From NCBI RefSeq assembly GCF_000020025.1, contig NC_010628.1, forward strand, positions 4,440,001 to 4,472,000: a stretch of 32,000 nucleotides of DNA. The letters are read 5' to 3'. This document shows, in pieces, positions 14,735 to 23,992 of the stretch. The DNA comes from Nostoc punctiforme PCC 73102 (GTDB lineage Bacteria; Cyanobacteriota; Cyanobacteriia; Cyanobacteriales; Nostocaceae). The notes beneath the pieces were generated by a model. The model was given only the letters and a program-made list of their open reading frames with translations. It searched no databases and was not told where the DNA came from. A program made the position numbers and the translations under genes. Position 1 is the stretch's first letter. Each line of letters starts with the position of its first letter.

Positions 14735-17700
14735 CTAAGTCCGTCCAACAAGGCTAGCGACTACTGTAGCCAACTCAGCCGCTTCAATAGGTTTGGGTAA
14801 ATGTAGCTGGTAACCTTCTTGTATAGCTCGCATCCGATCCTCTGCCCTAGCATAAGCTGTCAATGCTGCTGCGGGAATATTTCCCCCTTGTTCTGGCGAT
14901 CGCGATCGCAATTTGCGGATCAAAGAGTAACCATCCTCATTGGGCATACCAATGTCACTGACTAAAACATCTGGTTTCCATTCTGTAATTACCTGCAATG
15001 CTTCTTGAACTGATGCCACTGCTTTAACTTCGGCTTGGCACTGTTCGAGAACTGTGGTGATAAATTCACGGCTATCGGTTTGGTCATCTACAACCACTAC
15101 CCGCACACCAAGCAGGGAGACGAAGTGAAGAGGAGAAGAGGCAACGGGGAGAGGCTGCGAGACTGTGAATAGATGACTTTTCAAAAGTGGCAACTTGACT
15201 GTAAATGTTGCTCCTTGATCTTTTCCTGGACTATCTACCTGAACAGTACCACCATGTAATTCTACTAAATGAAGCACGATCGCTAATCCTAGTCCTAATC
15301 CACCGTAAGATCTAGTGTTAGAACTATCAGCTTGACGAAAGCGATCGAAGACGTAGGGGAGAAAATCAGGGCTAATACCAATACCTGTATCAATCACCTG
15401 AATTTGGGCATATTTCTCTGTTATATGTTGTTTTTCTTCGCCAGTTACCACTGACAATTGCAACTCTACCTGTCCACCTGTCGGTGTAAATTTGATGGCA
15501 TTAGATAACAGATTCCAGATAATTTGCTGCAAACGCTCAAAATCACCGGAAACTAGGAATTGGGAATTTTCGCTGCTGTCCTTTGAACGTTGATTGCTTT
15601 GGGATTCCGCTTCTCTTGATTCAACATTTTCGTGATTAATTTCTAATCCCAAATCTGAATTTGGCGCGATTGTTACCACGGGGAGTATCCCCAGTGGCGT
15701 ATTTCGCGTTTCTTTTGAGGAAATGATGGAAAATCTTAAATCGATTTCCTTGGATTGAGCGGCTAGGCTAACAGTCTCTAGGGTCGACTCAATCATCGGA
15801 ACCAAATTACAAGTACTGACATTGAGGTGTAACTTGCCTCTAATCATCCGCGATATATCGAGTAAGTCTTCAATTAGCTGGGTTTGCGCCTTAGCATTGC
15901 GCTCAATTGTCTCCGTAGCCTTAGCCATTTGGCTTTCACTCAGCTTGCTTCGTTGCAGGAGTTGCGCCCAGCCCAAAATTGCATTGAGGGGCGATCGCAA
16001 TTCGTGAGACAATATCCCCAGAAATTCGTCTTTCATACGGTTCGCCTCTTGTAACTGCTCAGTTTGTTTTTGCAAAAAGGCAATTAAACTAGCCCGTTCC
16101 ATTGCGATCGCTATTTGGTCGCATACTGCTTGCATCATCCCCTTTTGATTTTCCGTGAAGCTTAACCGAGTGCGGCTGCCAAAAGAAAGAGTACCCAACA
16201 GCCGTCCTTGGGCGAGCAATGGGTATGCATAATAACCAGTAATGCCTAATGAGCGAATCAATTCTGTTTGCGGGTCGGTAGATTGCTGCACATTCTCTAC
16301 AGCTATGGAATGGCGTGAGAGCGCTACAGTACCAGAAACCCCTTGACCAAATGGCAAGTACTCAATTTCCTTTGCCAGTTCTTGAGAAATACCACTGTAA
16401 GACCCTAGTCGCATTACTTGGGAGTTATCCTCAACCAAATAGTTCAAATAAACATCTAAACCAATTTGCTCTCTTAGTTTTCGGTAGACGCTATCGATTA
16501 GTAGTACTGGTTCTTGGCTTGAGAGTAAATCGTTAGCTGTGTCAAATAGTAGCTTTAGTCTTTTGTAACCTAACGAGAGTGCTTTTTCTGCCTGTTTGAG
16601 GTTGCTAATCTCTTGGAACACCAAGATACAGGTAGCCGGATGACCGTGCATTGCTGGCAAGGTATCAGCAAATATCAGTAGAGAGCGCACACCAGAGGGA
16701 GTATGCCAGTCTACTTCTAATCCATTGAGACGTTCACCAAGGGCAACCCGCACTCCTGGCATTTGTTCATTGGGAATGCGATCGCCTGCCGCATCTGTAT
16801 AGTGGTAAACTGTGTGATAATTTTCTGCTGGTACACCTTTAGGAAATTCGCCCCCAGCTAATTCATTAGCAGAACGATTTGCAAAAGTTACCCGCGCCGT
16901 TCCTGGTTCGATAAACAGCAAGGGTCTTGGCATCAGATTTAATACATCTTCCAGCCATTTTTGCTGATTTAGAAGTATTTCTTGTGCCTGTTTGCGCTCC
17001 GTAATATCTAAAAATGCCCCAACACTTCCTCTAGTTTTACCCTCTTCATCAAACAGAGGTGCAACGTACTCTAACAGGTTGACAATTTTTCCATTTTCAT
17101 GAACTACCTCAAGTTCACAATCCACAACTTCGACACCATGAGCAGCAGAGTATTGCATTGGCAGTTCCTCTTCTGACAGTTCTCTTCCCTCTCGGTAGAT
17201 TTTAAAGCTTGTGGATTTTTCATCACTAGGAACATTGAGAGAGCCATTTGTATTTGAAGATATCCCCAACTGCTTGGCAAAAGCAGGGTTTACCTTGATA
17301 TTTTGGGATAGTGGATCTTCGGCAATGCCAATTCCAATGGGAATTACCTCCAACAAAGTTTGTAACTCAGTAATGCGGCGCTGTAGATCCTTGTTTAGTT
17401 GTAAGATTTTTTCTTTAGCCTGCTTTTGTTCGCTAATGTTACGAGTCACAGTTGCTAAGGCAATTGGCTGACCTGTGTTGTTGTCTGTAACAGTGAAGAT
17501 ATTGTAATCAACTGGTATTGGTTGACCTGTTTGGAGATGCCGAAAGCAGAATTCTCCCTGCCAGCGCCCTTCTGATAGTACAGTCGGCAGTATATATTTT
17601 TGAAAATAGGCTTTGTCTTTGGGCATGAAGTAATCTAATACTACTTTTTGCCTCACTTCTTCAAGGCTAGCAAGTCCTACCAGTTTTTGACCTGCATCAT

Positions 17701-19135
17701 TTATATAGAGTAATTGACCCTCAAGGGTGGCGATACCGATAAAGTCAGAGCTATTTTCTACCAGCGATACTAATTTTTGTTGCTCTGCTTCTGCAAGCTT
17801 ACGTTCGCTTAAGTCGAGGATAAATGCTACTGACTCTTCCCGTTTTTCTCCTAACAGCACGTAACCAACTAAAACTGGGATGCGGCTACCATCCTTGCGA
17901 ATATATTCTTTCTCGTAGGGCGTACAAGTAGCGTTAGTGTTTTTTTGTGCTTCGGCGACACCTCGCAGATCCAAGTATAGATACTCTGGTGGTGTGATAT
18001 TGCTCCAACTTAATCTACCCTCTGACAAATCCTCCTGAGTGTAACCAATCATCCTGAGAAATTCGTCGTTTGCTTCCTGGATACCGCCATACACATCGCC
18101 AAACAGAATACCAATAACGTTAGAATCTACGAAACTCCCCAGTTTATCCTGGTAGGTTCTTAGTGCTTCCCGAGCAAGATCGCGTTGATGGCTGAGGCGT
18201 TCAATAACCCTGGCACTTTGCCAAATCAAAATAGTAAAAATCACAATCAGGACGATCGCAAACACCGATACTGCAAAAGCCGGATCATATTGTCCTGCGC
18301 GTTGACCTTCAATAATTACCCACCCTAATACAAAAGGTACTGCGATCGCGGCAACCAACAAACGACGTGCAAGTAAGCCACCATAAGTATCACTTGTAAC
18401 TACCCTCATTAAGCCCTGTTCTGCCCGCGCCCACAGAATACCTATACTTAGCAAAATGAACAACACCGCTGTATGTAAAGCCATCGATGTTGTATAAGGG
18501 GCAAGTCCGTAAAGAACTTTCACTTTGTAGACATAGCCCATGAGCGCCTGCAAGGAAATTAAAGTAGCGATCAGAGCGATAATTTGAGCAGACCAATAAC
18601 TACGGTGGTTTTTTGGATTAATCAGAATCTGTAGGGCAACGCTGACTAGCATAAAGTTGAATGCTGTGTTTACCCCCATTCGCCCCGGATACAATGTCGT
18701 CATACTAGTTGGCGAATCCAGGAACAGCATCTCATCAATACCCAGATTCCAACCGAACAGATATTCACAAAGTGTAAGTGCAGCAATTGTGGTGACAGCT
18801 ATTGCACAGACCCTGGAAATTACCAGAGTAGGGAAGTCGAGAAGTCGAAAGGTCGAAGGGTGAGGATAGTTTTGAATCGTTCTTTTCCCCTTATTCCCTG
18901 CCTTTAAAAACAGCCACAATGATAAACCAGACAGCACAAAACACAACGCTGTATTGACTTTCATCGTGGCAAGACTACTAGGGAAGCCGCGCTTGAGAAC
19001 TTCAATTCCAAGCCACCAGCCAATTAGCACCAAGCTGCCAACCAAGATGGGTATTACACTTGCGAATTTTGCCACAAGTAAATTTCTTGGGATTTTGAAT
19101 ATACCTTGCAGCCGCAAGCGGTTAACGTTTAACAT
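14735..19135 (-). CDS. large hybrid sensor histidine kinase: polytopic membrane sensor - multiple PAS - GAF - HisKA - HATPase - REC
   Basis: 1466 aa. The first ~310 aa hold about 8-9 hydrophobic helices. Repeated PAS-like segments each end in (S/T)ERK(Q/L)AE. A GAF-like region precedes the H-box LSHELRSPL. The HATPase domain (DTGIGIS, GLGLGLAIV) has a long Ser/Glu-rich insertion. C-terminal receiver (VVVVDDQ...SDIGMPNEDG...PKP). Confidence 0.95.
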   Translation of the reverse strand: MLNVNRLRLQGIFKIPRNLLVAKFASVIPILVGSLVLIGWWLGIEVLKRGFPSSLATMKVNTALCFVLSGLSLWLFLKAGNKGKRTIQNYPHPSTFRLLDFPTLVISRVCAIAVTTIAALTLCEYLFGWNLGIDEMLFLDSPTSMTTLYPGRMGVNTAFNFMLVSVALQILINPKNHRSYWSAQIIALIATLISLQALMGYVYKVKVLYGLAPYTTSMALHTAVLFILLSIGILWARAEQGLMRVVTSDTYGGLLARRLLVAAIAVPFVLGWVIIEGQRAGQYDPAFAVSVFAIVLIVIFTILIWQSARVIERLSHQRDLAREALRTYQDKLGSFVDSNVIGILFGDVYGGIQEANDEFLRMIGYTQEDLSEGRLSWSNITPPEYLYLDLRGVAEAQKNTNATCTPYEKEYIRKDGSRIPVLVGYVLLGEKREESVAFILDLSERKLAEAEQQKLVSLVENSSDFIGIATLEGQLLYINDAGQKLVGLASLEEVRQKVVLDYFMPKDKAYFQKYILPTVLSEGRWQGEFCFRHLQTGQPIPVDYNIFTVTDNNTGQPIALATVTRNISEQKQAKEKILQLNKDLQRRITELQTLLEVIPIGIGIAEDPLSQNIKVNPAFAKQLGISSNTNGSLNVPSDEKSTSFKIYREGRELSEEELPMQYSAAHGVEVVDCELEVVHENGKIVNLLEYVAPLFDEEGKTRGSVGAFLDITERKQAQEILLNQQKWLEDVLNLMPRPLLFIEPGTARVTFANRSANELAGGEFPKGVPAENYHTVYHYTDAAGDRIPNEQMPGVRVALGERLNGLEVDWHTPSGVRSLLIFADTLPAMHGHPATCILVFQEISNLKQAEKALSLGYKRLKLLFDTANDLLSSQEPVLLIDSVYRKLREQIGLDVYLNYLVEDNSQVMRLGSYSGISQELAKEIEYLPFGQGVSGTVALSRHSIAVENVQQSTDPQTELIRSLGITGYYAYPLLAQGRLLGTLSFGSRTRLSFTENQKGMMQAVCDQIAIAMERASLIAFLQKQTEQLQEANRMKDEFLGILSHELRSPLNAILGWAQLLQRSKLSESQMAKATETIERNAKAQTQLIEDLLDISRMIRGKLHLNVSTCNLVPMIESTLETVSLAAQSKEIDLRFSIISSKETRNTPLGILPVVTIAPNSDLGLEINHENVESREAESQSNQRSKDSSENSQFLVSGDFERLQQIIWNLLSNAIKFTPTGGQVELQLSVVTGEEKQHITEKYAQIQVIDTGIGISPDFLPYVFDRFRQADSSNTRSYGGLGLGLAIVLHLVELHGGTVQVDSPGKDQGATFTVKLPLLKSHLFTVSQPLPVASSPLHFVSLLGVRVVVVDDQTDSREFITTVLEQCQAEVKAVASVQEALQVITEWKPDVLVSDIGMPNEDGYSLIRKLRSRSPEQGGNIPAAALTAYARAEDRMRAIQEGYQLHLPKPIEAAELATVVASLVGRT

Positions 19136-19404
19136 TTGGTGTTCTCTAACCGCATCTATCTAGCGTAGTAAAGTGCCGTATTCCTTACGGTTTAATCATC
19201 TATGCCTTTGTATTTTATGCTACCCCTTGACTTACTTTTCATCTACCCAGAAGCATATTTTTTATTGAACAATTTAGAGTAAGAATTAATAATGCAAAAA
19301 ACCACCTTTGTGAGGATTTCAGAATTGCAGGCTATGTCGTTTACCCGATCTAACTTTCCGATCGTAAACAGCCGTATAATCGAGAACTTGTAGCTTCAAT
19401 ATAA

Positions 19405-19839
19405 CTACTTGTTTGATTCTGTTCGCAAGTCTTGTAATAGCCCTTGCAAAAACTTACCCCATTCTGCCGCCAAAGGGATTTCGGTAAATGGAACACGCAC
19501 CGATTTATTAGATTCGGAAAAGAGAAATTCTAGCTCTATAGAACGACCTTTCTGCGGTATATTATCAAAATCTACTGATTTCTCATCTACTAGAAAGTTA
19601 ATTTGCTTAATATCAAGCAAAGAGAATGTTTCTAGCTTAATAGGTCCTTGAGGCGTGGGTTTTCCCCAAGTCAAATTATTGTCTTTTTGACCTAATACAG
19701 CATAAATATCGTACTTAGCCCGTTCAAACTGTTCTGCCCAAGCGCGATAGGCTTCAACTTTTTGATACTCCTTCGAGCCTTGCCAAGCCAACCAGAAAAA
19801 CATTACTAATAGCGGCAACCACAAAAGACCACGTTCCAT
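19405..19839 (-). CDS. hypothetical protein with an N-terminal membrane anchor
   Basis: 144-aa ORF with one N-terminal TM helix (LLWLPLLVMFFWLAW). Family not recognised. Confidence 0.55.
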   Translation of the reverse strand: MERGLLWLPLLVMFFWLAWQGSKEYQKVEAYRAWAEQFERAKYDIYAVLGQKDNNLTWGKPTPQGPIKLETFSLLDIKQINFLVDEKSVDFDNIPQKGRSIELEFLFSESNKSVRVPFTEIPLAAEWGKFLQGLLQDLRTESNK

Positions 19840-19960
19840 CGTTTCAAAAAGTCCTGAGTAATGAAGTGAGACTTGTAACTAAAAGTGCAAAATCCACCAA
19901 CAAAGGATGGAGATAAGTTATGGTAGTGAGCAAACTGGCAAAAAGCGGTGATGAGTTAAT

Positions 19961-21814
19961 ATGAGAAAGCTTATATTATTGTGCTTGTTTGTCATTGGGC
20001 TGGGAGCTGCCATATTTGGTTTCCTGAATTTCCAGGGAATGGCAGTTAAAGGAGAGTTTGAGACGATTTTGCTTGATTTTCGGGAAGATATTCCATCAGA
20101 TGTGGTGCAACAGAATCTCCAAGCGATCGCCAAACAATACAACGTTACACCCCAATTAGACAACAAGTTTTCAGAAAAAGATCGTGTTTATATTGTCAAA
20201 GGAGATCGCCAGCGACTCCAAGAACTGAAAAAATCTCAGTTCGTCCAAGCTACAGAATTCATTGAGCCAAATTACATCTATACAAAGATTCCACAACCAG
20301 GTGAAAAAGCTTGGTTAGGAGAATTTTTAAGACCCAAAGAAAATGATGATGAGACAAGCCCATCATTAACTGGCCCCAATGACCAATATTACAGCAAGCA
20401 GTGGAACTTGCACAAAATTGGTATTGAAGGCGCATGGAGTCAAACCAAAGGCAGTGGCATTACAGTTGCGGTAATTGACACCGGGATTACTAAGGTGCGC
20501 GACTTATATGAGACAAAATTCGTCAAAGGCTATGATTTTGTTAACGACCGAGAAGAAGCCAAAGACGATAACGGCCACGGTACCCATGTTGCCGGAACTA
20601 TTGCTCAAGCCACAAATAACAAATATGGCGTAGCTGGAATTGCTTATGAAGCCAGTCTGATGCCGTTAAAGGTACTAAGTTCTTATGGCGGCGGTACAGT
20701 TGCCGATATAGCCGAGGCGATTAAATTTGCTGCTGATAAAGGCGCAGATGTGATTAATATGAGCTTGGGCGGTAGCGGTGAAAGCAAGTTGATGAAAGAA
20801 GCGATCGAGTATGCCCATAGAAAAGGTGTAGTTATCATTGCCGCAGCTGGGAATGAAAATACCAATGGCGCAAGCTATCCAGCCCGATATCCTTATGTAA
20901 TAGGCGTTTCGGCAATTGGCCCAGATGGCGAAAGAGCGCCCTATTCTAACTTTGGTGCTGGGGTAGATATCTCGGCTCCAGGCGGTAGTGAAGCTGGTAA
21001 GATTCTCCAAGAAACTATCGACGAAAATGGCGAAGGGGTATTTCTGGGCTTCCAGGGTACAAGCATGGCTTCTCCCCACGTTGCTGGTGTTGCAGCATTA
21101 ATCAGAGCTGCTGGTATCAAAGAACCAGATGAAGTTTTAAAAGTCCTCAAGCAGTCGGCGCGAGTTATCCAAGATGATGGTTTGAACTATTATGGCGCTG
21201 GACAACTCAATGCAGAAGCAGCAGTCAGACTAGCTTTCGGAGGACAAATCAGTTTTCCAGACTTCTTTCGGTGGTTACGCGATAACGGCTATCTTAACCC
21301 TGGCTTTTGGATTGATGGTGGTGCAGTGGCACTATTACCCAAGATTTTAATGGTAGTTGGCTCTTATCTACTGGCTTGGTTTTTACGGGTTTACTTCCCC
21401 TTTACTTGGAGTTGGTCTTTATCTAGTGGACTAATCGCTGGCAGTTCCGGGTTATTCTTCCTCAAGGGAATCTATATTTTTGATCTTCCCCAATGGCCTT
21501 TCCGGGTTTTGGGCAGTTCAATTCCCGAACTAGGTAATACCCTCCAGGGAACTGATGCGTTGAATCCCCTATTTGCCAGTGTACTGATTCCCATTTTGTT
21601 AATGGCATTGCTGCTGGGAAATCCTAGTTGGAAATGGTTTGCCATTGGTTCAACATTAGGTATAGCAGCCTGCTTGACAGTAAGTGCATTTTTAGATCCA
21701 GCCGTTTGGGGTTTGGGAAGTGGCAACATATCACGCCTCTTCCTCATCGTTAATGCCCTAATCTGCTATGGACTGGCTCGTTTAGCATTGAAAAACGAAG
21801 AAAAAATCGCATAA
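19961..21814 (+). CDS. S8 (subtilisin-like) serine peptidase fused to a C-terminal polytopic membrane domain
   Basis: Signal-anchor N-terminus. Catalytic motifs VAVIDTGI (Asp), HGTHVAGT (His), GTSMASPHVAG (Ser). The last ~170 aa contain about 5 hydrophobic helices. Confidence 0.9.
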   Translation: MRKLILLCLFVIGLGAAIFGFLNFQGMAVKGEFETILLDFREDIPSDVVQQNLQAIAKQYNVTPQLDNKFSEKDRVYIVKGDRQRLQELKKSQFVQATEFIEPNYIYTKIPQPGEKAWLGEFLRPKENDDETSPSLTGPNDQYYSKQWNLHKIGIEGAWSQTKGSGITVAVIDTGITKVRDLYETKFVKGYDFVNDREEAKDDNGHGTHVAGTIAQATNNKYGVAGIAYEASLMPLKVLSSYGGGTVADIAEAIKFAADKGADVINMSLGGSGESKLMKEAIEYAHRKGVVIIAAAGNENTNGASYPARYPYVIGVSAIGPDGERAPYSNFGAGVDISAPGGSEAGKILQETIDENGEGVFLGFQGTSMASPHVAGVAALIRAAGIKEPDEVLKVLKQSARVIQDDGLNYYGAGQLNAEAAVRLAFGGQISFPDFFRWLRDNGYLNPGFWIDGGAVALLPKILMVVGSYLLAWFLRVYFPFTWSWSLSSGLIAGSSGLFFLKGIYIFDLPQWPFRVLGSSIPELGNTLQGTDALNPLFASVLIPILLMALLLGNPSWKWFAIGSTLGIAACLTVSAFLDPAVWGLGSGNISRLFLIVNALICYGLARLALKNEEKIA

Positions 21815-21842
21815 ATGGGGAATGGGGGAACAATTCTTGATA

Positions 21843-21887
21843 CTCCTAACTCCTGTACAGACGCGATTAATCGCGTCTCTCCTAACT
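21843..21887. repeat. small hairpin element (AGACGCGA-TTAA-TCGCGTCT) flanked by a 9-bp direct repeat CTCCTAACT
   Basis: Hairpin at 21859-21878. CTCCTAACT at 21843-21851 and 21879-21887. The hairpin core is the same as at 858-877. Confidence 0.8.
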
Positions 21888-21927
21888 GCCTACTTCCCCA
21901 CTCAGCACTCACAACTCAGCACTGTTT

Positions 21928-22152
21928 ATGAGCATTACACTTACAGGTACAATCGAACGCCGTGATATAGGCACAGGCGCATGGGCGTTAGTTACAGAAG
22001 AGGGCGTTACTTACGAAATCCTTAAAGGGGCTGACAAAAACTTACTCAAAGCCGGACAAAAAGCAAAAGTAAAAGGACAGGTGCGTGAAGATATCATGAC
22101 TATTGCCATGATTGGCCCTGTCTTAGAGGTCAAATCTTTTGAAGTAATTTAG
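21928..22152 (+). CDS. small hypothetical protein (74 aa)
   Basis: ORF with an ATG start and a Lys/Gly-rich, probably beta-type sequence. No family recognised. Its stop overlaps the stop of the convergent gene. Confidence 0.45.
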   Translation: MSITLTGTIERRDIGTGAWALVTEEGVTYEILKGADKNLLKAGQKAKVKGQVREDIMTIAMIGPVLEVKSFEVI

Positions 22153-22472
22153 TTCTGATTACCTGTAGAATCCAGAACCTCTTGCAGACGGCTTCTAAAT
22201 TCCCCTTTGGGATGACCTCCTTTTACTTCACCCACAATCTGAAATTCCCCTTCTGGAGAATTGCAGATGATGTAAGTAGGCCATCCCATTTCTGATTTAT
22301 CGGGATACTGAGTTAATAAAATCTTGCGATACTTGCGGTAAGCAGTCGTATCCTGCATTTTCACATCAATAAATTCTAAACCCAGTTCTTCAGCCACCTT
22401 TTTGTCGTAAAAAGACATTTTATGGCAGATGCCGCACTCTTCTGAAGAGAACTTAATTACAGCTAAACTCAT
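22149..22472 (-). CDS. thioredoxin-fold protein (CxxC)
   Basis: 107 aa. A CGIC motif near the N-terminus, followed by a thioredoxin-like pattern (WPTYIIC...G). Confidence 0.7.
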   Translation of the reverse strand: MSLAVIKFSSEECGICHKMSFYDKKVAEELGLEFIDVKMQDTTAYRKYRKILLTQYPDKSEMGWPTYIICNSPEGEFQIVGEVKGGHPKGEFRSRLQEVLDSTGNQN

Positions 22473-22988
22473 GGGTTGGCGACTCTTTGATTCTAAGCAA
22501 AGTTTTTTAGCATAATGCCATGAAATATTACCATATAGCTGGTTATTAGTGTCAACTTAAAGCTGAAACCCTTATCCAGTATCTTTTCCTGCGTCCTTGC
22601 TTCTATGTTTTTTGGGAAGAAGAGCCTTCAGGACTACATTCCCAGGTTGAACATACAAACAAGAAAGATACACATGTAGTTACCAAGGAAACTCTGACTC
22701 GGAAGCTGAAAGCAGTGATTGCTGGCAGACAAATAATTAAACGCCAAAATATAGAAAAAAAATTAAGAATATGATTAAATATCATAGCAATCATTTTGAT
22801 GTGGCATCTCTAGCTCACAATAAAAAGAAAGGGATTCAGGAATTGAGTGAGCAAGTTATGTTCTATCCTGGCAGCAGGAAGATACTCAAGGTCTACCAAA
22901 AGTGACAACCAGAGTAGTGGTGCATTCTAGTTATGTCAGTAGGAAATGCTAGGGCGATGTTTAACGACAAGCCGCTACGCGTTTATGC

Positions 22989-23050
22989 AAAAAAACCCCT
23001 GATGAGCATTAGCCAATCAGGGGAGTTAGTTATCAGGGTGCATCTACCAA
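22989..23050 (-). ncRNA. nsiR1: NsiR1-like sRNA, copy 1 (intact)
   Basis: Minus strand: TCCGGA (23084-23079), then about 30 nt, then body GGTAGATGCACCCTGATAACTAACT. Hairpin CCCCTGAT...ATCAGGGG (perfect 8 bp) and a U7 tail (A-run 22989-22995 on the + strand). The 5' end is approximate. Confidence 0.8.
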
Positions 23051-23078
23051 TTAAATGTTCTTAGGTTTAACATCATAT

Positions 23079-23084
23079 TCCGGA
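23079..23084 (-). promoter_or_regulatory. DIF+-type TCCGGA motif of copy 1
   Basis: Palindromic TCCGGA about 30-35 nt upstream of the conserved RNA body. The same position recurs in copies 2, 7 and 9. Confidence 0.65.
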
Positions 23085-23118
23085 TAAATTTGGATAAAGG
23101 CTAGTTATTTTTTAAAAT

Positions 23119-23179
23119 AAAAAACCCCCAGATGATGTTAGTCTACTAGGGGAGTTAGTTATCAGGGTGCATCTACCAA
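23119..23179 (-). ncRNA. nsiR1: NsiR1-like sRNA, copy 2 (intact)
   Basis: Same organisation as copy 1. TCCGGA at 23208-23213, identical body, hairpin + U6. Confidence 0.8.
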
Positions 23180-23207
23180 TTAAGTGTTCTCACGTTTAAC
23201 ACCATAC

Positions 23208-23213
23208 TCCGGA
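23208..23213 (-). promoter_or_regulatory. DIF+-type TCCGGA motif of copy 2
   Basis: TCCGGA at the conserved distance from the copy 2 body. Confidence 0.65.
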
Positions 23214-23246
23214 TAATTTGGACAAAGGCTAATTATTTTTTAAAAT

Positions 23247-23306
23247 AAAAAACCCCCAGATGATGTTAGTCTACTAGGGGAGTTAGTTATCAGGGTGCAT
23301 CTACCA
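23247..23306 (-). ncRNA. nsiR1: NsiR1-like sRNA, copy 3 (body and terminator intact, promoter region altered)
   Basis: Body and terminator match copy 2. The upstream motif reads TCCGGG (23335-23340). The spacer to the next unit is longer (155 bp period) and carries extra sequence (GGCTATGCCTACG-type dispersed repeat). Confidence 0.65.
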
Positions 23307-23401
23307 TTAATGTTTTCTAGGGCAGCGAGTATCTTCCGGGGAAAATGGCAAAAATCAGGGTTGACGGCCATGTCTAGGAAGGGCTATGCCTACGTAACTA
23401 G

Positions 23402-23462
23402 AAAAAAACCCCCAGTGGGTTTTAGCCAACCAGGGGAGTAAGTTATCAGGGTGCATCTATTG
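23402..23462 (-). ncRNA. nsiR1: NsiR1-like sRNA, copy 4 (variant promoter motif)
   Basis: U7 tail, hairpin and body GCACCCTGATAACTTACT are conserved. The upstream motif on the transcribed strand is TCCGGT (23497-23492), and the 5' part of the body has diverged. Confidence 0.6.
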
Positions 23463-23538
23463 ATCATCTTTTCTAAAGTAAATGGGTAGCTACCGGATAA
23501 AATAGCAGAGGTTGAAGTTATTGTTGTTTGCTCACCAG

Positions 23539-23600
23539 AAAAAAACCTCAAAGTTGTTAACCAACCAGAGGAGTTAGTTATCAGATGTTGGTTTCAAGTG
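23539..23600 (-). ncRNA. NsiR1-like unit 5 (degenerate, probably non-functional)
   Basis: The A7 run and TAACTAACTCCTC segment are retained, but the GCACCC core is lost and the hairpin is weakened. The nearest TCCGGT-type motif (23718-23723) is about 180 bp away. Confidence 0.35.
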
Positions 23601-23743
23601 AAGCTAAAGTCTTTCAGAATCTCGTTTATCTGTAAATGATACTCATAGGGGTACTGGCGCGAATTTAGGAGGTGCTAGCCTATATGAGGATTAAAAGAGA
23701 TTCTTAAAGAGCAATCTACCGGATAAATTGACGCTCACCAGAG

Positions 23744-23803
23744 AAAATCCTCAGTGGGTGTTAGCGAACTAGGGGAGCTAGTTATCAGGGTGCATCTATC
23801 AAT
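23744..23803 (-). ncRNA. NsiR1-like unit 6 (body intact, weak terminator, no TCCGGA)
   Basis: Body GATAGATGCACCCTGATAACTAGCT is present. The U-tract is only 4 nt and the hairpin is imperfect. No TCCGGA lies within the following 60 bp. Confidence 0.4.
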
Positions 23804-23869
23804 TAAATAACCAGTGCATTGCCTTAAAAATTTGATGCGTCAGAAATGATTGCTGCTAAATTCCTTCAT

Positions 23870-23931
23870 AAAAAAACCCCCAGTGGGTGTTAGCCAACCA
23901 GGGGAGCTAGTTATCAGGGTGCATCTACCAA
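23870..23931 (-). ncRNA. nsiR1: NsiR1-like sRNA, copy 7 (intact)
   Basis: TCCGGA at 23960-23965, full body, a hairpin with G-U pairs that work only on the minus strand, and a U7 tail. Confidence 0.8.
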
Positions 23932-23959
23932 TTAAGTGTTCTAGGTTTAACCACCATGC

Positions 23960-23965
23960 TCCGGA
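23960..23965 (-). promoter_or_regulatory. DIF+-type TCCGGA motif of copy 7
   Basis: TCCGGA, then a 16-17 nt spacer, then TAGAAC (-10-like), then the TTGGTAGATG body start. Confidence 0.65.
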
Positions 23966-23992
23966 TAAATTTATTAGAAAGGCGTGTCTACG

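Noticed and set aside
19339-19369. Inverted repeat GTTTAC(CC)GATC ... GATCGTAAAC as a terminator of the 19405..19839 gene
   Set aside because: No U-tract follows on either strand and the stem has a bulge. It may be structural, but it cannot be called a terminator.
22603-22794. 63-aa hydrophobic minus-strand ORF
   Set aside because: It sits in a low-complexity AT-rich region with no RBS or recognisable motif, and is at the minimum ORF length. It cannot be supported.
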